Below, piece after piece: positions 39,232-48,359 of a DNA stretch of 64,000 nucleotides. The position numbers and the translations under genes were made by a program. Source of the DNA: a bacterium (lineage in GTDB: Bacteria > Patescibacteriota > Patescibacteriia > UBA9570); NCBI GenBank assembly GCA_030698395.1, contig JAUYKW010000008.1, positions 1,662 to 65,661 of the forward strand. Reading direction: 5' to 3'. Positions within the stretch are counted from its first letter, which is position 1. Every line of letters starts with the position of its first letter. The notes under the pieces are model-generated. The model was not told the DNA's origin and ran no database searches. It saw nothing but the letters and a program-made list of their open reading frames with translations.

Positions 39232-41829
39232 ATGCAAAATTCTTTCGAACAATTACAAAATTACCTTGCTAAAAATCCAGATTTAGTTGCAGAAACTACG
39301 CGGCGGAAGCGAACATTAGTTTACATCGCTGGAATGTCTTTGGATCAAGAGGAGCTTGCTAAGGTACGAGGTATTGAGTTTTACGAAGAACGTTTATTAT
39401 ACGTTGTTGGCTTATTACGAGATCCAAACACTAAGATTGTTTTTGTATCCTCAAAGCAAATTGATCCAGTTATTATTGATTATTATTTTGATTTATTTAG
39501 TAGATCTCAGAAAGAGCGGATTAGCATGGAGAAAAGATGGCATCATTTTTATATTGGTAATAGTAGAATTCATAAAACTTTAACTCAAAAAGTTTTAACA
39601 TCAAAACGGTTGGTTATTCAAATTAATCAGCAAATTGATAATACTAAGCAAGCTGTATTACGGTGTTTTAATTCGTCTGAAGATGAAAAAGCCCTAGCAG
39701 TTAAATTAAATATTCCTTTATATGCTCCAGATCCTAAATTTTTACATTATGGATCGAAATCCGGAGCTCGTCAGGTGTTCAAGCAAGCAGGTTTAAAACC
39801 ACCATATGGAGTAGAAAATATTACCTCAATGTTGGAGTTGATTAACTCAATTAGAAAAATTAAACAGCATGAGAAGGGGGTTGAACAAGTTGTTGTAAAA
39901 TTTGATTACAGCTTTTCTGGAGTAGGTAATGCTAATTTGACGGTAAGCAAATTTCCACGTACAAATGTAGCTGCCGAGAAGTACATTAAAACTCATCTTA
40001 AACCAAATGAATCAGATGTTACTGCGATTCAGTATTTAAAAAAGTTATTTGATATTGGTGGAATTGTTGAAACGTGGTTACAAGGAATACGAATCTTTTC
40101 ACCAAGTGTTCAGTTAGCAATAGATCCAGATAAGAGTGTCCGGATTATTTCTAGTCATGAGCAGTTGCTTGATGAAGAAACAAAACAAGTTTTTTTAGGA
40201 GCTAGATTTCCGGCTCGTAAATCGATGAGACAACCTTTGTTACTACAGGCAGAAAAGGTGGGAAAAGAATTAGCTGATGCAGGAGTGATTGGATTTTTTG
40301 GAATAGATTTTATTGCTGTGAAAGAGAAAACAAAATATGTTGCGTATCCTATTGAAATAAATTTGCGCAAAGGTGGAGCAACACATCCTTTTCAGATAGC
40401 TAGAATGTTAACGCAAGGTAGCTATAAAAAAGATGGAGCTATGCGTGATGATTCACGACAGAGGATTGCATATTATTCTTTTGATAACATTAAATCTACA
40501 GATTACGTTGGTTTGAAGCCTGAGGAAATTATTAAAATAGTTAAGCAAGCAGGGCTAGAATTTGATCATGAAAATAATGGTGGAGTTTCTTTACACTTGT
40601 TAGGAAGCTTAAAAAAATATGGAAAATTTGGTACAGTTTGTATTGCACGTTCACCACGAGCAGCTGAGCAATTATTTATCATTTTAACTAAGGTTGTTGA
40701 TGCGTATGTGGCACGAAAATCAGAAATTGAAATTGTTACACCTCAAGTAGTTTCTGTAAATCAAAAGAGATTGGTTGATACTTTTATAAAATTAGTTAAG
40801 ATTGCTAGTCCTTCAGGAGAAGAAGCAAAAATTAGATTATTGCTTAGAGAAGAATTAGTGAGATTGGGCGTAAAAACAAGAGTTGATAAGTCAGGAAATT
40901 TAATCGGTAAAAAACCAGGTGTAGGTACCGTACCGTTTTTGTTATCAGCACATATGGATACTGTAAAACCATGTGAAAATGTTAATCCCGTAATTAGGGG
41001 AAATACTATCATGACAGATGGCACTACTATATTGGGCGCAGACAACAAGGCTGGAATTGTATATATTTTGGAGCTACTGCGATTATTGCATGAATTTGAT
41101 ATTAAACATCGGCCATTAGAAATAGTAATGTCTGTCTGTGAAGAACAGTTTTCGGGTGGAGCAGACGAACTTGATGTTTCTAAATTAAAATCTCCAGTTG
41201 GTCTGGTTGTGGATGGTGCTGATTTAGGGGAGGTTGATTATATTTCACCTTATATAGCAACCATTAATGTATCTGTTATTGGTAAAGCTGCTCATTCTGG
41301 AGTAGAGCCAGAAAATGGTGTAAGTGCGATTCAGATAGCATCTAACGCTATTGCAAATATGCCATTAGGAAGACTTGATCATGATACGACTGCAAATATT
41401 GGCTTAATTACTGGTGGGACTAATAGAAATGCAATTCCAGATCGAGTAGAATTAGAAGGAGAAGTACGAAGTTTAACAAAACGATATTTAGAAGAACAGT
41501 TAGAGCGAATGCATAAGGCTTTAGAAGATGCTGCTGAGTTATATGGCGGGTTACTTGATATTTCTAGTAAGATAGCTGTTCAAGGTTACAAATTTTCCAA
41601 AAATGATCCTGATTTAAAGAAGATTATGCAGATTATGAAAGAAGTAGACATTAAACCAGATTTAAGGAAAGCTGGGGGTGGTTCAGATGCGAATGTATTT
41701 GTTGCTAGAGGCATAAAAACTATTGATGTTGGGACAGGTGTACAGAAGCCACATACTGTTGAAGAGAGTATAAAAATAGACGACATGACGAAGATGGTAG
41801 AATTTTTATTAAAGATTGTCCAAGTTTAG
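39232..41829 (+). CDS. PGM1-type ATP-grasp peptide-ligase domain fused to an M20 (PepT-like) peptidase
   Basis: YEERLL, GSKSGARQVF, SGVGNA, SPSVQ, EINLRKGGATHPF; then SAHMDTV, GADNKAG, CEE, GGGSDAN, PHT. Confidence 0.8.
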   Translation: MQNSFEQLQNYLAKNPDLVAETTRRKRTLVYIAGMSLDQEELAKVRGIEFYEERLLYVVGLLRDPNTKIVFVSSKQIDPVIIDYYFDLFSRSQKERISMEKRWHHFYIGNSRIHKTLTQKVLTSKRLVIQINQQIDNTKQAVLRCFNSSEDEKALAVKLNIPLYAPDPKFLHYGSKSGARQVFKQAGLKPPYGVENITSMLELINSIRKIKQHEKGVEQVVVKFDYSFSGVGNANLTVSKFPRTNVAAEKYIKTHLKPNESDVTAIQYLKKLFDIGGIVETWLQGIRIFSPSVQLAIDPDKSVRIISSHEQLLDEETKQVFLGARFPARKSMRQPLLLQAEKVGKELADAGVIGFFGIDFIAVKEKTKYVAYPIEINLRKGGATHPFQIARMLTQGSYKKDGAMRDDSRQRIAYYSFDNIKSTDYVGLKPEEIIKIVKQAGLEFDHENNGGVSLHLLGSLKKYGKFGTVCIARSPRAAEQLFIILTKVVDAYVARKSEIEIVTPQVVSVNQKRLVDTFIKLVKIASPSGEEAKIRLLLREELVRLGVKTRVDKSGNLIGKKPGVGTVPFLLSAHMDTVKPCENVNPVIRGNTIMTDGTTILGADNKAGIVYILELLRLLHEFDIKHRPLEIVMSVCEEQFSGGADELDVSKLKSPVGLVVDGADLGEVDYISPYIATINVSVIGKAAHSGVEPENGVSAIQIASNAIANMPLGRLDHDTTANIGLITGGTNRNAIPDRVELEGEVRSLTKRYLEEQLERMHKALEDAAELYGGLLDISSKIAVQGYKFSKNDPDLKKIMQIMKEVDIKPDLRKAGGGSDANVFVARGIKTIDVGTGVQKPHTVEESIKIDDMTKMVEFLLKIVQV

Positions 41830-41877
41830 CGAAAAAAGTGTCAATTTATTTGGTGTATAAATTGTGACTATTTTGGA

Positions 41878-41906
41878 TTGAAAAGAACCTCTTTTTTTGC
41901 TATACT
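41878..41906 (+). promoter_or_regulatory. Sigma70 promoter of the ncRNA
   Basis: TTGAAA-17 bp-TATACT with extended TG. Confidence 0.7.
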
Positions 41907-41912
41907 TGTAAT

Positions 41913-42097
41913 ACCCTGTTCCGTACCTTAAACAACTTTCGACAAACGATTCTCATCAGGGAGTTTTACATTCATGATAGTCGGTGAACTCAAAAAAGGT
42001 ATTGATAATAAATGTTGATACAATTGAGTATCTAAGAATATCAGATGCGAACACCCACTTAAAATCAGAGGGGAGTTGAAAAAGTGATGAAACAGGG
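41913..42097 (+). ncRNA. ssrS: Probable 6S RNA
   Basis: About 185 nt with its own promoter and terminator; closing stem ccctgtt/aacaggg; inner caactttc/ggagttg; GGGAG and CACCCAC segments as in Firmicute-type 6S. Confidence 0.6.
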
Positions 42098-42098
42098 C

Positions 42099-42132
42099 AA
42101 AAAAATATCCTATAAATATGGGGTATTTTTTT
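42099..42132 (+). terminator. Terminator after the ncRNA
   Basis: aaaaaaatatcctata/tatggggtattttttt. Confidence 0.7.
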
Positions 42133-42214
42133 ATTTATTAAAGTTTTTTATGGCTAGCGTGAATAACGACTTTTCGTTATACTAAGCACGTAAAAATATT
42201 AATATTCAATAATC

Positions 42215-43390
42215 ATGACAGATAAAATACCGGCATTAACCCTAGATCTCGAACAAGACGGTTGGCAAACATCCAAAGGCTTTATTAAACGCGATGTTGA
42301 TATGCCGGTTTTGGATGAAGCTGTTAATAGCAGTGATGCTTTATCAGTGATAGTTAAAATTCAATACGCTGGAATGTGTGGATCGGATAGAGGAATATGG
42401 AACCGAACGGCGTTTTCAGATATGTTTAAGGAATCTCTTGTAGCTGAAACAAAAAGTCTCAGAATTTTGGGTCATGAATTTGTTGGTGAGGTAGTATCTG
42501 CAGGCTCCCAAGTAGAAAATTTATATGGTATTAAAGTAGGTGAACCGGTATCTGGAGATTCGCATGTAACATGTGGTCGGTGTTTTCAGTGTCGCGTTGG
42601 TGAGCAGGAAGTATGTCAGGATCAGGCAATTTTAGGAATCAGCATTGATGGAATATTTGCTCATTATGTAAAAATTCCTGCAAAGAATTTATGGGTAGTA
42701 GATAATGATAGAGTAAGGCCAGAAGTTTGTGCTTTATACGATCCATTTGGAAATGCAGTGCACTCATTATCTAAAACAGATGTGCGAGGAGCTCGAGTTG
42801 CGGTGTTTGGTTGTGGACAAATTGGAATGTTTTCAATACTTTTGGCTCGTCAATTTGGAGCAGCTAAGGTTATTGGCATAGATGTAAATCAAGCGAATTT
42901 AGATATAGCTAAAGAACTAGGTGCTCATGAAACTATTTTGATTGAAAAATCAGACAAGAAAAATGATTACGATGTGGATCGGAATGTTGTTGATGAAATA
43001 ATGGAATTAACGTATGGCAAGGGAGTTGATGTGAGCTTGGAAATGGCAGGATTCAATTCTTCTGTGAATAATGCAATTGCGTCTACTAGATTTGGTGGTG
43101 ATGTAATTTTATTTGGCATAAAAGATGGCGAATTCATGATTCCGGATTTTTCTAAAATGATTGTAAAAGGAATTACCTTACATAATGTGATTGGCCGACA
43201 GATATTTCAAACCTGGCAAACTGCACAACGCGTGTTATCGGATTCTACTAATGGAGTACAAGAAAAGATATGGAAAACTATTCTTAAGGGTGGTAACGAT
43301 ACTATTATCAAGTTATCTGAGTTCTCTCCAGAAGACATGGAGAAGAAGATGGCGGCTCATCCAAAATTAATTTTTGATATTCAAAATTAA
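42215..43390 (+). CDS. tdh: Zn-dependent L-threonine 3-dehydrogenase
   Basis: CGSD, GHEFVG, CGRCFQC...C, DPFGNAVH, GCGQIG; adjacent to kbl. Confidence 0.85.
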   Translation: MTDKIPALTLDLEQDGWQTSKGFIKRDVDMPVLDEAVNSSDALSVIVKIQYAGMCGSDRGIWNRTAFSDMFKESLVAETKSLRILGHEFVGEVVSAGSQVENLYGIKVGEPVSGDSHVTCGRCFQCRVGEQEVCQDQAILGISIDGIFAHYVKIPAKNLWVVDNDRVRPEVCALYDPFGNAVHSLSKTDVRGARVAVFGCGQIGMFSILLARQFGAAKVIGIDVNQANLDIAKELGAHETILIEKSDKKNDYDVDRNVVDEIMELTYGKGVDVSLEMAGFNSSVNNAIASTRFGGDVILFGIKDGEFMIPDFSKMIVKGITLHNVIGRQIFQTWQTAQRVLSDSTNGVQEKIWKTILKGGNDTIIKLSEFSPEDMEKKMAAHPKLIFDIQN

Positions 43391-43403
43391 AATTTAAAAT
43401 AAT

Positions 43404-44591
43404 ATGTACGATTCTTTAAAAAAAGTAGTAAGCTCTGGATTAGCAGAAATTAATGAAGCTGGTTTATATAAAGGTCAGCGTTTGATTAGCGGTCATCAGG
43501 GAACAATAGTAGAAGTGGAAGGTAAGGAGTTGATAAATTTTTGTGCAAATAATTATCTTGGTTTGTCTGGTAAGCAAGAGTTAGTGGATGTGGCAAAAGA
43601 AAATTTAGATAAGTATGGCTATGGTTTATCATCTGTGCGATTCATTTGTGGTACTCAGACAGTTCATAAAGAATTAGAAGCAAAGATTGCGGAATTTTTA
43701 CATAAAGAAGATGCTATTACATTCACATCTTGTTGGGATGCTAATGAGGCTGTATTTGCCAGTTTGTTAACAGCAGATGATGCGGTTCTTACGGATGCAC
43801 TTAATCATGCTAGCTTGATAGATGGCATTAGATTGTGTAAAGCAGAACGACGTATTTTTAAGCACATGGACATGTCAGATTTGGAGCAACAACTACAAGA
43901 TACGCAAGATAAAAGATTGCGCTGTATCGTAACTGACGGAGTATTTAGTATGGATGGAGATGTAGCACCATTAAAAGAAATTTGTGATTTAGCAGACAAA
44001 TATGATGCTTATGTAGTTGTTGATGATTCACATGCAACAGGATTCATGGGTGAAACTGGTAGGGGAGCAGTAGAGCAGGAAGGTGTACTGGATCGTGTCG
44101 ATATTATTACTACAACTTTTGGTAAAGCATTAGGTGGCGCAAATGGCGGTTGCATTGCAGGACCAAAGGAAGTAATTGAATTGTTGCATCAAAAAGCAAG
44201 AACAACATTATTTACAAACTCTCTAGCACCAGTGATTGCTGGAACTACAATATTTGTATTGGACTATATCGATCAACATCCAGAACTACGTGAGCAATTG
44301 TGGACTAACACAAATTATTTTAGAGAAAAGATGATAGCAGCAGGATTTACGGTGCCGGAATCAGTTCATCCGATTGTTCCAGTAATGATTGGAGATGGTA
44401 AGGCAGCGGGCGATATGGCAGCAGATATGTTAGAAGAAGGTATCTATGTAATTGGTTTCAGCTATCCAGTTGTACCAATGGATACAGCTAGAATTCGTGT
44501 TCAGATATCTGCCGAGCACACAATTGAACAAATTGACGTTTTGGTTACAGCTTTCACTAAACTAGGTAAAAAATACGGTATTATTGATTAG
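43404..44591 (+). CDS. kbl: Glycine C-acetyltransferase (2-amino-3-ketobutyrate CoA ligase)
   Basis: NFCANNYLGL, SSVRFICGT, LNHASLIDG, DGVFSMDG, DDSHATG, TFGKALG. Confidence 0.94.
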   Translation: MYDSLKKVVSSGLAEINEAGLYKGQRLISGHQGTIVEVEGKELINFCANNYLGLSGKQELVDVAKENLDKYGYGLSSVRFICGTQTVHKELEAKIAEFLHKEDAITFTSCWDANEAVFASLLTADDAVLTDALNHASLIDGIRLCKAERRIFKHMDMSDLEQQLQDTQDKRLRCIVTDGVFSMDGDVAPLKEICDLADKYDAYVVVDDSHATGFMGETGRGAVEQEGVLDRVDIITTTFGKALGGANGGCIAGPKEVIELLHQKARTTLFTNSLAPVIAGTTIFVLDYIDQHPELREQLWTNTNYFREKMIAAGFTVPESVHPIVPVMIGDGKAAGDMAADMLEEGIYVIGFSYPVVPMDTARIRVQISAEHTIEQIDVLVTAFTKLGKKYGIID

Positions 44592-44620
44592 CAAAAGCAC
44601 CTGCGCTATACTGTGATTCT

Positions 44621-44899
44621 ATGGCAAAAGTAAAATTTATAGCAGATGATATAGAAGTCGAAGTACCAGATGGTACGGGTCTTCGTAAATGTTGTCAGGA
44701 AAATGATATGACTCTTCCATTTGGTTGTGAAAATGGAATTTGTGGCACATGTTTAATTGCAGTGAAAGAAGGGGAAAAGAACATATCAGAAAAGACAGAG
44801 CAAGAAAAGGAAACATTAGAGATGTTAATGGCGTATGAGGATCAACGACTAGCATGTCAATGCAAAGTTAACGGAGACGTAACGTTTGATTTAGATTAA
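44621..44899 (+). CDS. 2Fe-2S ferredoxin
   Basis: GCENGICGTC...RLACQC. Confidence 0.92.
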   Translation: MAKVKFIADDIEVEVPDGTGLRKCCQENDMTLPFGCENGICGTCLIAVKEGEKNISEKTEQEKETLEMLMAYEDQRLACQCKVNGDVTFDLD

Positions 44900-45537
44900 T
44901 GTTATTTGCAATATTTGGTGTAGATCCGTTATTTATTGTGCCGTGGATTGTCACGATCTTACTTTCGATTGGTGTACATGAGTTTGCTCATGCCTTGGCT
45001 GGTTATTGGCAGGGAGATGACACTGCACAGCGACAAGGTAGATTAACACTTAATCCAATTGCTCATGTTGATTGGTTGGGGTTGATGTTGTTATTAGTAA
45101 TTGGATTTGGTTGGGGTAAACCAACGCCGTTTAATCCTTATAACCTTAAATATAAGAAGTGGGGTAGCGCATTAGTTTCTGTTGCTGGACCAATCTCGAA
45201 TGTGATTATGGTATTAGTGGCTCTAATTGTATTTAAAGTACTTGGTTTTATACACATAGATTGGTCATTATCAACAAATTTACTGGAAGTTTTCTTATTA
45301 TTCATGGTGCAATTAAATGTAGTATTGTTTGTATTTAATTTGATCCCAGTACCACCTTTAGATGGTTCGAAAGTACTATACACTTTCCTAGGCTATAAAA
45401 GGCAAGCATTAATACAAATGTTAGAAACTCAAGGGCCGTGGTTATTATTAATAGTAATAATTTTTGGACAAGGAATACTAAGTTGGATAATAAGTTTTGT
45501 AATGACTCTACTGTATGCCTTATTTGGCATAATATAG
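44899..45537 (+). CDS. Site-2 protease (M50)
   Basis: HEFAH, AGPISN, NLIPVPPLDG. Confidence 0.92.
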   Translation: MLFAIFGVDPLFIVPWIVTILLSIGVHEFAHALAGYWQGDDTAQRQGRLTLNPIAHVDWLGLMLLLVIGFGWGKPTPFNPYNLKYKKWGSALVSVAGPISNVIMVLVALIVFKVLGFIHIDWSLSTNLLEVFLLFMVQLNVVLFVFNLIPVPPLDGSKVLYTFLGYKRQALIQMLETQGPWLLLIVIIFGQGILSWIISFVMTLLYALFGII

Positions 45538-45616
45538 CCAAATTGACAGTGTTGTTGAGTAACGTGTATGCTCAAAGTAACGTATAAAATAAGGTAATTA
45601 GCTAAACATAAAAAAT

Positions 45617-46330
45617 ATGCTAAAAAAACTATTTAAAATGGCACTAATCACAAGTTTAGTGTTTGTACCTGTAGTGTCAGTAAATGCTGCAACACCTGCA
45701 TTCACTAATCAACCAGCGATTTCGTCTGCTGAGCGTGAAGGTAATAGACCATTGCCAGTGCAAATTTCGTGGGAATCATCTGGTAGAGTAGCAGATGGTG
45801 ATGAAGTGTTAGATCATTATAATGTCGTGATAAAAAATAATTCAGGTTCTGAGATTTGTAGTTTAGAAATTAATCCAGATGAAGTTGGGGTAGTTATTAC
45901 AAAAACTTTATGTGGAAGTTTGTATAAGGTATATAAAAAATATACAGTATATTTATCCGAAGTAAGGGTAGGGGATGAAGAAACTAATGCATCAAGTAAG
46001 AAATTTTATACTGGACCGCCAAAACTTCGTAATGTAAGAATGAGGAATAAAGAATTACAAAGCGATGGTACTGTTAATGCAACTATTAAATGGAGAAAAC
46101 CTACAGCACTAAATGGGGTATCTATTAAATATGCATACAAAATTTCTCGGCGGAATAATAAAACAAGCTTAATTAAATCTGATTATCAGTATGGAGATAT
46201 TAATAGCATTGATGTAACTGGTCTTCCACAACGTAAAATGAGAATAAAAGTACGTGCTGAAGGTAGTTCAACTTCATATGGAAATGGCAGATGGTCCGAT
46301 GTTAAATTCTTCAATGTGCCTAGAGAATAA
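45617..46330 (+). CDS. Secreted protein with FN3-like domains
   Basis: Signal peptide (VNA|A); ISW...YNV and IKWRKP...KVRA...GRWS. Confidence 0.55.
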   Translation: MLKKLFKMALITSLVFVPVVSVNAATPAFTNQPAISSAEREGNRPLPVQISWESSGRVADGDEVLDHYNVVIKNNSGSEICSLEINPDEVGVVITKTLCGSLYKVYKKYTVYLSEVRVGDEETNASSKKFYTGPPKLRNVRMRNKELQSDGTVNATIKWRKPTALNGVSIKYAYKISRRNNKTSLIKSDYQYGDINSIDVTGLPQRKMRIKVRAEGSSTSYGNGRWSDVKFFNVPRE

Positions 46331-46357
46331 AGCAAGAATTAGTCATAGTTTGGAAAT

Positions 46358-46385
46358 AAGGGGCATGTGTATACGTGCCTCTTTT
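46358..46385 (+). terminator. Rho-independent terminator
   Basis: aaggggcatgt/acgtgcctctt plus T run. Confidence 0.6.
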
Positions 46386-46431
46386 ATTATCGCTTGACAT
46401 ATATTTCAAGCTTGATATAGTAATCGTCGCT

Positions 46432-46845
46432 ATGCCAACAATAAATCAACTAATTAGAAAACCCCGCAAGAAGACTAAAAAGAAGTCTGTAGTGCCTGCA
46501 TTGGAGACAACTTTTAATGCTATAAAGAGAAGAAAAAGAACTTTACCAAAAGGTAGTCCTTTCAAACGTGGGGTTTGTACAAAAGTTACCACAGTAACAC
46601 CAAAAAAACCTAACTCAGCACTGCGAAAAATTGCTCGTATTCGATTATCAAATGGAATGGAAGTTACGGCTTATATTCCTGGAGAAGGGCACAACTTGCA
46701 AGAACATTCAATTGTTTTAGTACGTGGTGGTAGAGTTCGTGATTTACCTGGTGTACGTTATCATGTAATTAGAGGAGTTTATGATACTAGTGGAGTTGAA
46801 AGCAGAAAGAAGAGTCGATCCCTATACGGAACTAAAAAAAGTTAA
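46432..46845 (+). CDS. rpsL: 30S ribosomal protein uS12
   Basis: [24 protein letters not shown]; promoter TTGACA (46394)/TATAGT (46416) upstream. Confidence 0.97.
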   Translation: MPTINQLIRKPRKKTKKKSVVPALETTFNAIKRRKRTLPKGSPFKRGVCTKVTTVTPKKPNSALRKIARIRLSNGMEVTAYIPGEGHNLQEHSIVLVRGGRVRDLPGVRYHVIRGVYDTSGVESRKKSRSLYGTKKS

Positions 46846-46853
46846 TTTAAATT

Positions 46854-47318
46854 ATGCGCGGAAAACAAGCACCAAAAAGAGATATTAATCCAGATCCTGT
46901 TTATAACAGCACTACAGTTGCTAAATTTATTAATTACATAATGTTACATGGCAAGAAGACTGTAGCTCAGTCTGTTGTTTATGATGCATTTGATTTTATC
47001 GAGAAGAAAACTGGTGAGCAAGGATTAGATGTATTTGATAAAGCAGTACATAATGTAACACCAACTGTAGAAGTAAAGGCTCGTAGAATAGGTGGAGCTA
47101 ACTATCAAGTACCAATCGAAGTAAGAACTAGTCGTAGATTCACTTTAGCGTCTCGTTGGTTGATTACAGCAGCTCGAGCTCGCAAAGGTAAACCAATGCA
47201 TCAGAAATTAGCTTTAGAGCTTATGGAAGCCGCTGAGAACACTGGAGATGCAGTAAAGAAAAAGCAGGATGTTCATAGAATGGCTGAATCTAATAGAGCA
47301 TTTGCACATTTTGCGTAA
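46854..47318 (+). CDS. rpsG: 30S ribosomal protein uS7
   Basis: RRIGGANYQVP, HRMAESNRAFAH. Confidence 0.97.
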   Translation: MRGKQAPKRDINPDPVYNSTTVAKFINYIMLHGKKTVAQSVVYDAFDFIEKKTGEQGLDVFDKAVHNVTPTVEVKARRIGGANYQVPIEVRTSRRFTLASRWLITAARARKGKPMHQKLALELMEAAENTGDAVKKKQDVHRMAESNRAFAHFA

Positions 47319-47349
47319 GAAACTCTTTTAAACACGAAATTTACATATT

Positions 47350-47376
47350 AACAGGGCTGGAAAGCCCTGTTTTGTT
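47350..47376 (+). terminator. Terminator after rpsG
   Basis: aacagggct-ggaa-agccctgtt plus ttgtt. Confidence 0.7.
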
Positions 47377-47430
47377 ATCTATTCATTATTTTGCTATAAT
47401 TAGACTATTAATATTTAAGTGGATTCATAA

Positions 47431-47868
47431 ATGTATATGAAGAAAAATCTTACAAGAGGCTTGGCAGTTTTGGCAGGATTTGCTTTGCCAGCACTAGCAT
47501 CAGCCCAAAATTTTAACTATGATTATGGTTATGATGATTATTACTACGATGATTACGGGACTAGCACCGGATCAGCTGCACTTGGAGTTGGTATTCTAAT
47601 ATTTATTGGAATCATGGGTCTTATCAGTTTAGTTGCATTAGCCTTTGTTATTTGGATGATCGTAGATGCAGCAAAACGAGATTTCGATCAGAAAGTACTA
47701 TGGATTCTACTAATGGTATTTATTGGATTTATTCCTGCTGTAATTTACTATTTCATGATCAAGAGAAAGAATGTAACTGGATCTGGAAAACCAGCAGCTA
47801 CAGTGCCACAAGCCACACCTGAGACACCTGCAGCAGAACCACCAAAACCTCAAGAACCACAACAATAA
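47431..47868 (+). CDS. Membrane protein with PLDc_N-like domain
   Basis: Signal peptide, Tyr/Asp-rich linker, WMIVDAAKR...W......IYYF. Confidence 0.7.
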   Translation: MYMKKNLTRGLAVLAGFALPALASAQNFNYDYGYDDYYYDDYGTSTGSAALGVGILIFIGIMGLISLVALAFVIWMIVDAAKRDFDQKVLWILLMVFIGFIPAVIYYFMIKRKNVTGSGKPAATVPQATPETPAAEPPKPQEPQQ

Positions 47869-47879
47869 ATAATTATTCA

Positions 47880-48260
47880 ATGATTATAAAAAAATCATTA
47901 TCAAAAGTGGCGCGTATTATCGCGCCTCTATTGGTATTGTCATACCCTTTAAGTGTTTTTGCGGCCTCTGATGATGAGACTTGGGCAATTTTTGGCTTTC
48001 TTTTAATGATGATTCTGATATTCATGATCGTGGGAACGATATTGTTATCAGTGATGGCTATGTATGGATTCACTATTTGGATGATCGTAGATGCAGTTCA
48101 GCGTGATTTTGAACAACAGATGGTTTGGTTGGTTTTAATGCTAGTGTTCTTACTGTTTTTTCCATTTGTTGGTTTTGCAATTGCGTTTGTTTATTATTTT
48201 GCAGTGAGACGGAAGGATTTAGGAACGAAGAAGGACTCTCAATCAAAAAAGAGTAAATAA
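47880..48260 (+). CDS. Membrane protein with PLDc_N-like domain (paralog)
   Basis: WMIVDAVQRDF...W...VYYF; shares tttggatgatcgtagatgcag with the upstream gene. Confidence 0.7.
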   Translation: MIIKKSLSKVARIIAPLLVLSYPLSVFAASDDETWAIFGFLLMMILIFMIVGTILLSVMAMYGFTIWMIVDAVQRDFEQQMVWLVLMLVFLLFFPFVGFAIAFVYYFAVRRKDLGTKKDSQSKKSK

Positions 48261-48359
48261 TAAATTTACCTCTTTACAAGCTAAATTGTATCCGTTATTA
48301 TACAGCAGTCTCAGTGATGAGACATTTTTTCGCTAATGAATTAACAATAATATTAGGTA

